A stretch of DNA of 32,000 nucleotides from Sphingomonadales bacterium (GCA_027490095.1 JAIXYT010000038.1:77517-109516); one strand, 5' to 3'; shown: positions 9,195 through 20,991, numbered from the stretch's first letter. Numbers and translations: made by a program. Notes: generated from the sequence alone by a model not told the origin.

Positions 9195-10193
9195 CTAGCC
9201 TTCGATGCGGGCCATGTGGCGGGCGAGTTCGGCCTTCGAGTGGATCCCAAGCTTCTGGTAGATGGCGGTGACGTGGTTGCGCACGGTGAGCGGGCTGAGG
9301 TTGAGCCGTTCGGCGACGGTGGCGGAGGTGGCGCCTTCGGCGAAGAGGCGGGCGACCTTGAGTTCGGCGGGGGAGAGCGTTGCGAACGCGGGATCGGCGA
9401 TGCGCAGCAGGTGCCGGCCTTGCCCCCGCTTCAGGTTGAACGTCACGCTGCCGGCCTTCAGGTAATCGGCGCCATTGCCGACCAGCTTTACCAGCAGGTC
9501 GGGCAGCAGCGGCCCCAGCCAGTCGGGGAAAACCTGGTGAATGATCTGTCCGAAGGCCTGGTCGGAGGCGTGGACGTGGGCGCTGTCGTCGACGATGGCG
9601 AAGCCCCGTGTGTCGGCTTCGGCCGGCTGTGGCTTGCCGTTCGGGCCCGCAAAGGCGCTGAGCATCCGGCGCTTGCGGGCCGCCAGCAGGTGGGGGAAGC
9701 ACTGCTCCAGCAGATCGCAGTCGGCATCGGAATAGGCCGGCGATGCGGGACCGCGGAACAGGTAGATGAGTTCGCCGACGCGCGTCTTGGCGTCGAGGTC
9801 TGCAATGCCCAGGGTGTGGTCGATTCCGGCCGGCCGGCAGAACCCTTCGTGCAGGACGGCCTGGCGAGCGGCTTCTTCCGGGGTCAGGTCCTCGAGCCTG
9901 AGGGCCGTGCCGGGGCTGGCGGTTGCGGCTGCACGCAACCTGTCGTGCGATTGCCAGGCCCCATAGGCCACCAGCAGTTCGAGCGGGAGGTCGACGGCTG
10001 CGATTCCGAAGATCATCGGCGGGTCTTCGGCGCCCGAGCCCCAGATGGCGCAATCGAAGGGGATTGCGGTGCGCAAGCGCCCGAGCAGGGCTTCCTTCGT
10101 GGTCTCGACAGGTGCTGCGAAGGCGGCCTCGTGCAGGCCGAGCAGCAGACGACTGAGCGCTCCAGCAGGCATGCCGGTACAACCCCCAAGCAA
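9195..10193 (-). CDS. LuxR-family transcriptional regulator with an uncharacterised N-terminal sensor region
   Basis: C-terminal GerE/LuxR helix-turn-helix (LSPAELKVARLFAEGATSATVAERLNLSPLTVRNHVTAIYQKLGIHSKAEL). The N-terminal ~260 aa are not a receiver or a recognisable autoinducer-binding domain. The start may be the internal ATG at 10172. Confidence 0.8.
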   Translation of the reverse strand: MLGGCTGMPAGALSRLLLGLHEAAFAAPVETTKEALLGRLRTAIPFDCAIWGSGAEDPPMIFGIAAVDLPLELLVAYGAWQSHDRLRAAATASPGTALRLEDLTPEEAARQAVLHEGFCRPAGIDHTLGIADLDAKTRVGELIYLFRGPASPAYSDADCDLLEQCFPHLLAARKRRMLSAFAGPNGKPQPAEADTRGFAIVDDSAHVHASDQAFGQIIHQVFPDWLGPLLPDLLVKLVGNGADYLKAGSVTFNLKRGQGRHLLRIADPAFATLSPAELKVARLFAEGATSATVAERLNLSPLTVRNHVTAIYQKLGIHSKAELARHMARIEG

Positions 10194-10316
10194 GTGACAA
10201 ACGCGTGTATTGGTTAACGGCCCCGAATGTCCGTGGAATGAAGCATATGCTCTATGGCGGCCTCAAGTGAGTTCCCCTTATCGTCGCAGCCAGGGCAAAC
10301 AGGATTGGGGCATGTG

Positions 10317-11270
10317 ATGATGAACTACTCTTCGCGCGCGATCGGGACTGCTGTGCTGATGCTTGCGGCGTCGGCGGCGACTGCGACGACGCCAACCGGT
10401 TCGGGATCGGTGAACTTCGAGTTCCTGAGCTTCAGTGGGCCGGTCCAGGTGACCTTTCCGCCTTTCGTCCCCGGCGAATCCCCCCAATCCGTCGGCAGCT
10501 TGATCAACGGGGTCACCCCTACGCTTGATGGTAGGTCCATTCCGACACGACCGGGCGGCAGCGTTACCTGGGAGTTCGGTGGAACGACCTTTGCGCCGGG
10601 CACCAACCGCGTGGAGTTCGGCGAAATCTATTGGCAGCCAACCGACCCGCAATACAATGTGATCAGCTTCGCCGGGGCAACATTCGCCAACGTCTCGCCG
10701 GGCACGGAATTCCGGCTGGGAACCATCACCTTCCAGAACGGCAACTGGTCCGGAGGGGGGGCGACACCGCTGTTGAACCGCACCAGCCTGCTGCCGTTCC
10801 GGATCTGGACGACTTCGTCGGACGGTCCGCAATTCAACCAGGAACAGTTCGGCATCATCACGCTGACTGTGAACGCGACGGGCTTTCCAGCCAACCAGGA
10901 TCCGGCAAACTTCGACGCCGAAGCCGACTGGATCACGGTTTTCATGGGGGACGACCCGACCGATTCCTCGAGCTGGATCGAGGTCGCCGATTTCCGGGTG
11001 TATGACCTCTGCTGCAAGCCGGCAGGCCTTTCGTCGACCGGAACCGTGGACCTGATGGGCAAGTTCGGATCGCTGATCCTGACCGACCTCGCCAATCCGG
11101 TGGGCGGCTTCATCGTCGGCAACAACAATGCCTTGCCAGTGGTGCCGGGCGGCGGGGGCGGTGTCACCCCCGGGGTCATTCCCGAGCCTGCGACCTGGGC
11201 GATGATGATCGCGGGCTTCGGGCTTGTGGGCGGCGTGATGCGGCGCCGGCGGGACGCGCTGACCGCATGA
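10317..11270 (+). CDS. PEPxxWA-CTERM (PEP-CTERM) sorting-domain protein
   Basis: Signal peptide (MMNYSSRAIGTAVLMLAASAATA). C-terminal VIPEPATWAMMIAGFGLVGGVMRRRR is a PEP motif followed by a TM helix and an Arg cluster. The start is taken at the Met pair after GGATTGGGG, and 10314-10320 are all possible. Confidence 0.85.
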   Translation: MMNYSSRAIGTAVLMLAASAATATTPTGSGSVNFEFLSFSGPVQVTFPPFVPGESPQSVGSLINGVTPTLDGRSIPTRPGGSVTWEFGGTTFAPGTNRVEFGEIYWQPTDPQYNVISFAGATFANVSPGTEFRLGTITFQNGNWSGGGATPLLNRTSLLPFRIWTTSSDGPQFNQEQFGIITLTVNATGFPANQDPANFDAEADWITVFMGDDPTDSSSWIEVADFRVYDLCCKPAGLSSTGTVDLMGKFGSLILTDLANPVGGFIVGNNNALPVVPGGGGGVTPGVIPEPATWAMMIAGFGLVGGVMRRRRDALTA

Positions 11271-11309
11271 GGCCCTGGGCTGCCCGGAGGGGGGCAGCCG
11301 CGCGCGCCG

Positions 11310-11570
11310 TCAGCCTCGCAATATCCCCGCGAGGCTGACGGCTGCGATGCCGATCCAGATCACGTTGAGAATGGTACTGGGCCAGGCGCCGTGGAAGCCG
11401 GAGTTGATCACGAAGCCGGCGGCGCCGAACAGGTTCATCAGCTGGAAGCTGACGGAGCGGGCCTGGATGCGGCCGGTGGAGACGAGGGCGTAGGCGATGA
11501 GGATCAGGCCGGCGCCAATCCAGCCGGCGATCTCGATCAGCAGTTCGATGGTGTCAGCGGGCACGTCCAT
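11310..11570 (-). CDS. small 3-TM membrane protein (CBU_0592-like pattern)
   Basis: 86 aa with three hydrophobic helices. The pattern AY.L..G......S...L.NL.GA......S......WPS..LN..W is reminiscent of the CBU_0592 family. The start codon overlaps the end of the upstream TonB-like gene by 17 nt. Confidence 0.65.
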   Translation of the reverse strand: MDVPADTIELLIEIAGWIGAGLILIAYALVSTGRIQARSVSFQLMNLFGAAGFVINSGFHGAWPSTILNVIWIGIAAVSLAGILRG

Positions 11571-12297
11571 CGGGCCTCATTCCATAGTCGATGCGGATTC
11601 GCACCCACTCGCCATAGCGGTCGCGGCCGCCGATGCGGGGTGGGCGGACGCGGAACTGCCAGGCGGCGGCGTGCACGGAGCTGGCGATGCCCGACCCCGG
11701 CGGATATTCGCCGACGATCACGCAGTCCTCGACCCGGTAGCTGGGCACCGTTCGGCAGGCAATGAGGCCCCAGCCGGGGCCGCGCGCGGTCGACAGATAG
11801 CCCGAGAGCTCGTCGTCATAGGGTTCGCGGTACCAGGCGGCTGCGTAGAGCGGCTCGCCGTTGGGGCCGGAGCCTTCGACGCGTTCGCTGTCGGGCGGGC
11901 CCTTGGGGCGGAGGTCGGGCGGGCCGTAGCTTGGCTTGGGGGCGGCGGGTGGCGCAGCGGGCGGCGGGGCGAGCGCCACGGGGTCGGGCGTGGGCGGCAC
12001 CTCGACCGGCGGGGGATCGCGCGGCGGGGTGGGGACGGGAGGTGTCGGTTCGGGCTTGGCCTGTTCGGCTTCGCGGCTGTCTTCGGCCTTTTCGGGTTGG
12101 GTCTCGGCGGCCTTCTCCTGCTCGGGCGCGCTGATCGAGAAGACGACGAGGTCGCCCTTTTTCACGGCGGCGAAGCGGGGCGCGATGGAGATGAACAGCA
12201 GGCCCAGAGCTGCGTGCAGCAGGATGACGAACAGCACGCCCGTCACGCGGCGGCGCGTGCCGGGGGGCAGGTCTGCGTGCCAGGAACGGAGCGTCAT
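11554..12297 (-). CDS. TonB-family energy-transducer-like protein
   Basis: N-terminal anchor helix (VTGVLFVILLHAALGLLFISI), a Pro/Glu/Lys-rich spacer (PEPTPPVPTPPRDPPPVEVPPTPDP) and a C-terminal TonB_C-like domain (GWGLIACRTV..VEDCVIVGEYPPGSGIASSVHAAAWQFRVRPP). Confidence 0.75.
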   Translation of the reverse strand: MTLRSWHADLPPGTRRRVTGVLFVILLHAALGLLFISIAPRFAAVKKGDLVVFSISAPEQEKAAETQPEKAEDSREAEQAKPEPTPPVPTPPRDPPPVEVPPTPDPVALAPPPAAPPAAPKPSYGPPDLRPKGPPDSERVEGSGPNGEPLYAAAWYREPYDDELSGYLSTARGPGWGLIACRTVPSYRVEDCVIVGEYPPGSGIASSVHAAAWQFRVRPPRIGGRDRYGEWVRIRIDYGMRPDGRAR

Positions 12298-12348
12298 TCG
12301 GTATTCATGGCGAGCGTTGACCTCGGGTGACGCAAACCGATGGCAGAG

Positions 12349-12383
12349 GGCAGAAAGAAGAACGCGCGGGCAAAGCCCGCGCG
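12349..12383 (-). terminator. intrinsic terminator, likely the end of the acnA transcript
   Basis: 9-bp stem CGCGCGGGC/GCCCGCGCG (12363-12383) with a 3-nt loop. On the - strand it is followed by TTCTTCTTTCTG. It lies about 120 nt past the acnA stop. Confidence 0.55.
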
Positions 12384-12504
12384 GTCGTCGGACGGGTTCG
12401 TCGGCCTTAGGGCCTCCGCCCCGCCGGCCGTGCCGTCGGCGAGTCTGCGGACCTTCCCGCGATTGCTGCGCAATCCCGGTCCAGGCCGCAGCCGCCTATC
12501 GTGC

Positions 12505-15189
<2,685 letters not shown>

Positions 15190-15350
15190 GGTCGCCTCTG
15201 TCCTTTTTTTGTGCCGGTCGCCCGGGGGGCGCTGCGCATCCGCTCCTAGAACGGCGGAAACCGTGCGGCAAGCAGCCCATAAACTGCATGGCCGCCATGC
15301 CGTATCTGCAGGGCAAGCCCCCGGAACGAGGGCGCAGGAAGGACGAACGC

Positions 15351-16439
15351 ATGGAACAGGTTGCCGGACTGGAAGCGCTGGGCACTGCCGACGGGCCGCT
15401 GAACATGCGGGGCCTCGGCCATCCCGGCCTGATCCACTTCGATGCGATCCGCGACCTGTTCGTGGCGACGGGTCTTCAGCCTGAGCCGGAAAGCTATGAG
15501 CTGTTCTGGATGCACGTGACCGAGGCGGACCCTGCGCTCAGCCGGGCGCTGGAGCGCCTGCTGACCGAGGGGGCGCTGACCCCGGAAGGGGTGATCGAAC
15601 TCCGCCGGGTGCATCTGGGCGCGATCGCTGCGGCCGAAGTGCATGAGCTGGTGGAGGCGGCGCAGGAAAGCGCGAATGCGCTGGCGGACCGGCTGGAGCG
15701 GGGCCATGCCGACCTGAAGGCCTATGATGCCGCGATCGCCGCGCAGGACGAAGCGCTGGCGGCCAGCCGGACCGCCCAGGAGCTGGCCGACCTGATCCAG
15801 CGGTTGCGCCGGGCGAATGCCGCGATGATGGCGGCCAACCGGCGGCTGGAATCCGATATCGCGGCTGCGACCCTGGAGACCTCGCGTCTGCTGGACCGGC
15901 TGGAATCGGCCGAGCGTGCCGCGCGGACGGACCCGCTGACCGGCCTTCCGAACCGCCGCGGCCTGATGGATGCCCTGAAGAAGAATGTCGCGCGGGCGCT
16001 GGAAGAGGGGGTGCCGCTGACGGTCGGGCTTGCCGACATCGACCATTTCAAGCGCATCAACGACCAGTGGGGCCATTCGATCGGCGACGAGGTCCTGCGC
16101 TGCGTTGCCGCCCATCTGCAGGCCCATGCCCGCCGGACCGCCGGCGACCGGGGCATCGTGGGCCGCTATGGCGGCGAGGAGTTCCTTGTTGCCCTGCCCG
16201 GAATAGGGCTGTCGGCCGCGGCGGCTGCCATGGACAATGCCCGCGCGATCCTTGCGCGCCAGGTGCTGCGCAAGGCCGACGACGGCCAGTGCATGGGCCA
16301 TGTGAGCTTTTCGGCCGGAATTGCCCTGCTGCGGGCCGAGGACATGGTCGAGACGCTGGTCGATCGGGCCGATGCGGCTCTCTATGCGGCCAAGCGGGCC
16401 GGGCGCGACAGGGTATTGCCGGAAAAGCCGCAGCGCTGA
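15351..16439 (+). CDS. diguanylate cyclase (GGDEF domain) with a helical/coiled-coil N-terminal region
   Basis: ATG at 15351 after [33 protein letters not shown] and an RYGGEEF active site. The N-terminal ~190 aa are Ala/Leu/Glu-rich helices. Confidence 0.9.
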   Translation: MEQVAGLEALGTADGPLNMRGLGHPGLIHFDAIRDLFVATGLQPEPESYELFWMHVTEADPALSRALERLLTEGALTPEGVIELRRVHLGAIAAAEVHELVEAAQESANALADRLERGHADLKAYDAAIAAQDEALAASRTAQELADLIQRLRRANAAMMAANRRLESDIAAATLETSRLLDRLESAERAARTDPLTGLPNRRGLMDALKKNVARALEEGVPLTVGLADIDHFKRINDQWGHSIGDEVLRCVAAHLQAHARRTAGDRGIVGRYGGEEFLVALPGIGLSAAAAAMDNARAILARQVLRKADDGQCMGHVSFSAGIALLRAEDMVETLVDRADAALYAAKRAGRDRVLPEKPQR

Positions 16440-16443
16440 AGGG

Positions 16444-17784
16444 TCAGCCGGCTGCCAGCCGCGCCCGGATGTCGGCATGCGCTGCGGCCGTGATCGGCCA
16501 CTTCCACACAAGCAGCCCCGCCAGCACGGCGAGCATGGCCGAAGGCAGGGCAAAGAGAAGTTCGAGGCCCAGGATCGCCGTGTGGCTGTTGCGCGCGCCG
16601 GGTTCGGGATTGAAGCCGACGAGATCGAGAAGCGGGTAGGTGAGGCCGACCGGGATCGCGTAGCCGAGCTTGGCAGTTGCCGTGAGGATCGCGAAGTTGA
16701 GCCCGGTGGTTTCCGCGCCGTCGGACCCGCCGAGGCGGCGGTCGAGTTGCTGGGCGTCGTTCAGATCGGCGAGCATGGCCCTGAGCAGGAAGTTCGGCGC
16801 GGCGAAGGGAACACCGGCGATCGCCATGGTGACGGCGGCCAGCGCGACGTTCCCTTGCGGGACGAGGAGGACTGCGAGCATCGCGATCCCGAACCAGAAG
16901 CCCGCAAGGGCGGTCGCCCGATGCTTTCCCCAGGACCTGGCAAGCCGCACCCACATCGGGGCGGACACGAGCCCGGCGACGAAATAGCCGAGCAGGAGGA
17001 TCGAGGCGACGCCCTGCGGCACGCCGCGGGCCGCCGTGAAGAAGAACAGGAAGAGCGCGCCCGTGAAGCCGGAGGCGACCGACAGCAGGAGGTCGACAAG
17101 GAGCAGCCGCACCATCCGCTTGTCGGCCAGCACGCGCCGCACGTCGGCGAGCCGGACCCGGTGGCTTTCGGACGGGGCCTCGCCCTCGGGAACGATCGCT
17201 GCCGCCGCAAGCGCCGTGAGGGGGGCGAGCATGACGATGAACCAGCCCATGGCATGGATGCCCGCGGCGGGCGGCGCCATGGGCATGGCCTTTGCCACGA
17301 TCGGCGGGATGAACAGGACGGTGAGGGTTCCGAACACGTTGAAGGCGGTCCACACGCCGAAGATCCGCGCGCGCTCGCCATAGTCGCCCGAGAGGCGCGA
17401 GCCCCAGGACACCTGGGCGAGGTTCATGCAGGAAAAGCCGATGTAGAGGATGAAGAGCGAGAGGAAGGCCTGCACCGCGGTGACCCCGGGCTCTGCCTGG
17501 AACAGGAGAAAGGCCCCCAGCATCATCACCATCGACCCGCCCAGGATCCAGGGCCGGAACTGGCCCCAGCGGCTGCGGGTGTTGTCCATCAGGGCGCCCA
17601 GCAGGGGGTCGAGCGGGATGTCGACGATTCGGACGAACGCGAAGATGAAGCCGACGGTCGCCAGCGGCAGCCCGAGCGTGCCGGCATAGTGCGGCGGCAG
17701 ATAGACGACGAGGGGGAGGCCGAGCGCTGCGACCGGGAGGCCGGGGCTGCACCAGGCAAGCAGATGGGCGAGCCGCGTTCGCAT
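16444..17784 (-). CDS. MFS transporter, glycoside-pentoside-hexuronide (GPH/MFS_2)-like
   Basis: 446 aa from the ATG at 17784. About 12 TM helices and the GPH-like motif DIPLDPLLGALMDNTRSRWGQFRPW. The 130-aa upstream extension in the ORF track is Pro/Arg-rich and implausible. Confidence 0.85.
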   Translation of the reverse strand: MRTRLAHLLAWCSPGLPVAALGLPLVVYLPPHYAGTLGLPLATVGFIFAFVRIVDIPLDPLLGALMDNTRSRWGQFRPWILGGSMVMMLGAFLLFQAEPGVTAVQAFLSLFILYIGFSCMNLAQVSWGSRLSGDYGERARIFGVWTAFNVFGTLTVLFIPPIVAKAMPMAPPAAGIHAMGWFIVMLAPLTALAAAAIVPEGEAPSESHRVRLADVRRVLADKRMVRLLLVDLLLSVASGFTGALFLFFFTAARGVPQGVASILLLGYFVAGLVSAPMWVRLARSWGKHRATALAGFWFGIAMLAVLLVPQGNVALAAVTMAIAGVPFAAPNFLLRAMLADLNDAQQLDRRLGGSDGAETTGLNFAILTATAKLGYAIPVGLTYPLLDLVGFNPEPGARNSHTAILGLELLFALPSAMLAVLAGLLVWKWPITAAAHADIRARLAAG

Positions 17785-17855
17785 GGAGTTCCCCGTGGCA
17801 GAAGGCCACGGGCCGCTTATTGCCGGAACTGGGTCGGCGACGCTAGGGGGGCAGC

Positions 17856-19316
17856 ATGGCCAGTGCAGGAGACCCCGGCGAAACGGTGGCTGGGGCAGCC
17901 GGTGCAAGCGCCCTTGCACGCGGCGGCCGAACCAATTTCGCAGGCTTCCTGCTGCGGCTGTCGGCGCGGTTTCCGTTCCTGGTGCTTGCAGCCCGCCTGT
18001 ATGGGCCGGACGATCTGGGGCGCTTTGCCTATGCGACGATGGTGGTGGAGTTCGTGGCTGCGCTCGCCACCGTCGGGCTGAAGCGGGGGCTTTCCGGAGA
18101 GCTGGCGCGCGGCGGCCGACCTGATGCGCATGTGCTGGCGGACGGGTTGCTGCTGGGCATGATCCTGGCGGCAATCGGGACGACGGCGCTGGTTCTTGTG
18201 CCCGGCCTCATGTTTCCGGATGGCCCCGTGCAGGGCCCCGGGCGCTGGTTTGCGCTGATCGTGCCGGCGATCGTTGTTGCGGACGTGTCGCTTGCCGCGC
18301 TGGCCTTTCGGAACCGGATCGGGGTTGCCGTCCGCGCGCGGTCGGTGATCGAGCCCTGGGTGTTGACCATCGCCGCAACCCTGCTGGCCTTCACGGCGCT
18401 GAAGGCGGGCGGGCTGCTGATCGCCTATCTGGTCTCGCTGGTTGCGGCCACCGTCGCCTCGCTGCTGCCGGCCGTGCGCGCGTTCGGGCCGCCGCGCGGC
18501 TGGCGGCCGTCTGCCGGGCGGCTGGCTGCAATCGTGTGGCGCAACCTTCCCCTTGCCGGCGCGGATCTCGTCGAATGGGGGAGCCGCCGGCTGGACGTGT
18601 TCATCCTGGGCCGCTTTGCGTCGGCGGAGGTGGTGGGGCTTTACTATGTCGCCCAGCAGGTCGCCTCGCTTGCCGGCAAGATCCGCGCCTCGTTCGACCC
18701 GATCCTCGTGCCCATGCTGTCGCGCGCGATGAAGGCCGGCCGACCCGATGACGCGGCTGCCAGCCTGAACCAGGTGGGCTTCTGGGTGCTGAGCTTCCAG
18801 CTTCCCGTCGTTCTTGCACTCGGCCTTCCGGCCGAAGCTGTGCTCGGCCTGTTCGGGCCCGCCTTCGCGGCCGGCGGGCTGGTTCTGGCATTGCTGCTTG
18901 CAACCGAGCTTGCAGCCGCCGGCAGCAGCCTCGCCGAGATGGGCCTGATCTTTGCCCGCCCCAAGGCGAACCTCGCGATTGCGGCAGCCGGCCTGCTGCT
19001 GCAGGCCGGGCTGAGCCTGTGGCTGATCCCCCGCTACGGGGGGGCGGGCGCTGCGGCGGCCCTGTTGCTGTCGGTCACGGCCGTGGGCATCGTGCGCCAG
19101 ATCCTTTTGAGCCATGTGCTCGCCCGCCCTGTCGGCCTGTGGCGCTGGAGCCTGCTTGGGGCCGGTGCGGCGGCCTTTGCGCTGGGCCTTGCCGCCCGCG
19201 GCCTGCCCGAGCTGTGGCAGATGCTGGTCACGATTCCGGGGGTGCTGTTGCTGTTCGCAGCGCTGATGTGGCGCATCGGCTATGGCCCGGAAGACCGGGC
19301 GCTGTTCCGGCGTTAG
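17856..19316 (+). CDS. polysaccharide/oligosaccharide flippase (Wzx-like, MOP superfamily)
   Basis: 486 aa, polytopic. The N-terminal FAGFLLRLSARFPFLVLAARLYGPDDLGRF pattern is typical of Polysacc_synt-family flippases. Confidence 0.8.
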   Translation: MASAGDPGETVAGAAGASALARGGRTNFAGFLLRLSARFPFLVLAARLYGPDDLGRFAYATMVVEFVAALATVGLKRGLSGELARGGRPDAHVLADGLLLGMILAAIGTTALVLVPGLMFPDGPVQGPGRWFALIVPAIVVADVSLAALAFRNRIGVAVRARSVIEPWVLTIAATLLAFTALKAGGLLIAYLVSLVAATVASLLPAVRAFGPPRGWRPSAGRLAAIVWRNLPLAGADLVEWGSRRLDVFILGRFASAEVVGLYYVAQQVASLAGKIRASFDPILVPMLSRAMKAGRPDDAAASLNQVGFWVLSFQLPVVLALGLPAEAVLGLFGPAFAAGGLVLALLLATELAAAGSSLAEMGLIFARPKANLAIAAAGLLLQAGLSLWLIPRYGGAGAAAALLLSVTAVGIVRQILLSHVLARPVGLWRWSLLGAGAAAFALGLAARGLPELWQMLVTIPGVLLLFAALMWRIGYGPEDRALFRR

Positions 19317-19810
19317 AGCGGTTCGATCCGCCGGTTGACCAGCCGCCCGTCCGGCGTGAGCGCTGCGACGACCACCATCGGCCCCTCGCGCAGCTGCGCC
19401 TCGAGGGCGGGCGCAGTCGCCTCGGACACGAAGATGCGGGAGGTGAAGCGGACCGGCGCCTCGCCCCGGAAGCCGGGCTGCACGCCGATGCTGCTGGCCG
19501 CGAGATCGACCGGGAAGCGGCAGCTGTGAGCGGCGGGGCGCGCGGTTGCGGTGACCGTGCCGCCTTCGTCCGACAGGCAGAGGCGGCAGCCTTCGCGCAG
19601 GCACAGGCCGGGCGCGCCGGCCAGCGCCCAGCCGTAGGCGAAGCGCACATATTGCCCGCGCAGCGGATCGCGCGGGTCATAGCCCTCGATCGGGATTCGC
19701 CATTCCCGGGCGCTGCCCAGCGCGCGTTCCTGGACGGCGGCCGAGGCTGCCAGCCAGGCGAGCGGCAGGGCGAGCGCTGCGAGGATGGCCCAGTTCCGGC
19801 GCCCGGTCAT
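19313..19810 (-). CDS. GDYXXLXY-domain protein (variant GQYVRFAY)
   Basis: 165 aa from the ATG at 19810. N-terminal anchor, then EGYDPRDPLRGQYVRFAYG, which matches the GDYXXLXY signature. The ATGA overlap with the upstream DUF2157 gene suggests translational coupling. Confidence 0.75.
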   Translation of the reverse strand: MTGRRNWAILAALALPLAWLAASAAVQERALGSAREWRIPIEGYDPRDPLRGQYVRFAYGWALAGAPGLCLREGCRLCLSDEGGTVTATARPAAHSCRFPVDLAASSIGVQPGFRGEAPVRFTSRIFVSEATAPALEAQLREGPMVVVAALTPDGRLVNRRIEPL

Positions 19811-20925
19811 CCGGCGGCCTTTCGTGCCGTGACGATCCGGTGCCAGAGCCAGCTGAGCCCCACCAGCAGGGCCCCGCCGAGGATCAAGCCCCCGCCGGTG
19901 GCCGCGAGCGATCCGAACAGTTCGATGTAGACGATGAAGATGCGAAGCCCGATTGCCGCGATCGCGACCCCGAACAGGCTGGTCCAGCCCTCGGCGGCGG
20001 CTGCCCGGGCGATGGCCGCCCACAGGCCCATGAACACGGCGATGCCTGCGAGCCGGCTTGCCATCGTGTCGGGATGGGGGATGGCGAGCGCAAGCGCGAA
20101 GGCAAGGGGCGGGCCGGCGAGCAGCGGAAGGAGCAGGGATCGCGGCAGCTCGTGCGGGCGGCGCAGGGCCAGCAGGATCGCGCCGAGGCTTGCGAGCGCG
20201 GCCGGGATGAGCCGCACGGCGTTGTCGAGCGCCTGTTCGGGCCGGATGGTCGATGCCCAGGCGAAATGGGCGATGCCCGCGCCCATGAGGATGGTGACGA
20301 TCCCGGCCTCGCGCAGCGCGAGGCGGAACCCCGGCCGGCCGGTCAGCGCGATCGAGAGCGCGATCAGGAGCGCCGGCACGGCCATCGCTGCCCCCTGTGC
20401 GAGGCGCCAGGGCCCGCCGGCGTCGACCGTGTCGGCTGCCATTGCGGCGGGCCCGATCAGCGCCATTGCGGCAAGGGCGAATCCGGTGAGCCGGGTCGTG
20501 CCGCCCAGAAGCAGGGCAGGGCCTGCAATGAGCAACCAGAGAAGCAGCGCGTGCCACACCGGCCCCGTGAGCTGGTAGATCTGCGACTGCAGGGCGATGC
20601 CGGCGAGCACGAGGCCTGCGAACAGGAACAGCGCGCCTTCCGCCACGCGGAGGTGTCCGGCCTTTCGCGCCCACCAGTGGGTTGCGGCGGTGGCGGCCAG
20701 AAGCGCGAGGTGGCCGCCCAGCTTCACGCCGCGCGGGATCAGGTCCCAGTTGGCGGATATGAGGAGGATGATGCCCAGCACCACGGCCAGAAGGCCCAGC
20801 CCCGCGATGGCCCAGCGGGCGACCGGCTTCTCGCGCCTGGCTTCGAAGGCCCGGATGGCATCTGCGGCCGACAGGTCGATGAGACCTTCGGCAACCCAGG
20901 CGTCGAGGCGGTTGTCGAGCGACAC
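19807..20925 (-). CDS. DUF2157-like polytopic membrane protein
   Basis: 372 aa with a GTG start. Soluble N-terminal helix (LDAWVAEGLIDLSAADAIRAF) followed by ~10 TM segments. This is the usual partner of GDYXXLXY genes. Confidence 0.7.
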   Translation of the reverse strand: MSLDNRLDAWVAEGLIDLSAADAIRAFEARREKPVARWAIAGLGLLAVVLGIILLISANWDLIPRGVKLGGHLALLAATAATHWWARKAGHLRVAEGALFLFAGLVLAGIALQSQIYQLTGPVWHALLLWLLIAGPALLLGGTTRLTGFALAAMALIGPAAMAADTVDAGGPWRLAQGAAMAVPALLIALSIALTGRPGFRLALREAGIVTILMGAGIAHFAWASTIRPEQALDNAVRLIPAALASLGAILLALRRPHELPRSLLLPLLAGPPLAFALALAIPHPDTMASRLAGIAVFMGLWAAIARAAAAEGWTSLFGVAIAAIGLRIFIVYIELFGSLAATGGGLILGGALLVGLSWLWHRIVTARKAAG

Positions 20926-20962
20926 CCCCGACTGATGCAGCGTGGCTCTGCGCGCTGCAAGC

Positions 20963-20991
20963 CTTCAAACTGCCGGGTGCGGTTCCTACAT
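20963..20991 (+). promoter_or_regulatory. candidate sigma-32 (RpoH) heat-shock promoter of hslVU
   Basis: CTTCAA-N16-CCTACAT about 60 nt upstream of hslV. It resembles CTTGAA-N16/17-CC(C/T)AT.T with one mismatch in the -35 element. hslVU is a classical RpoH regulon member. Confidence 0.4.
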
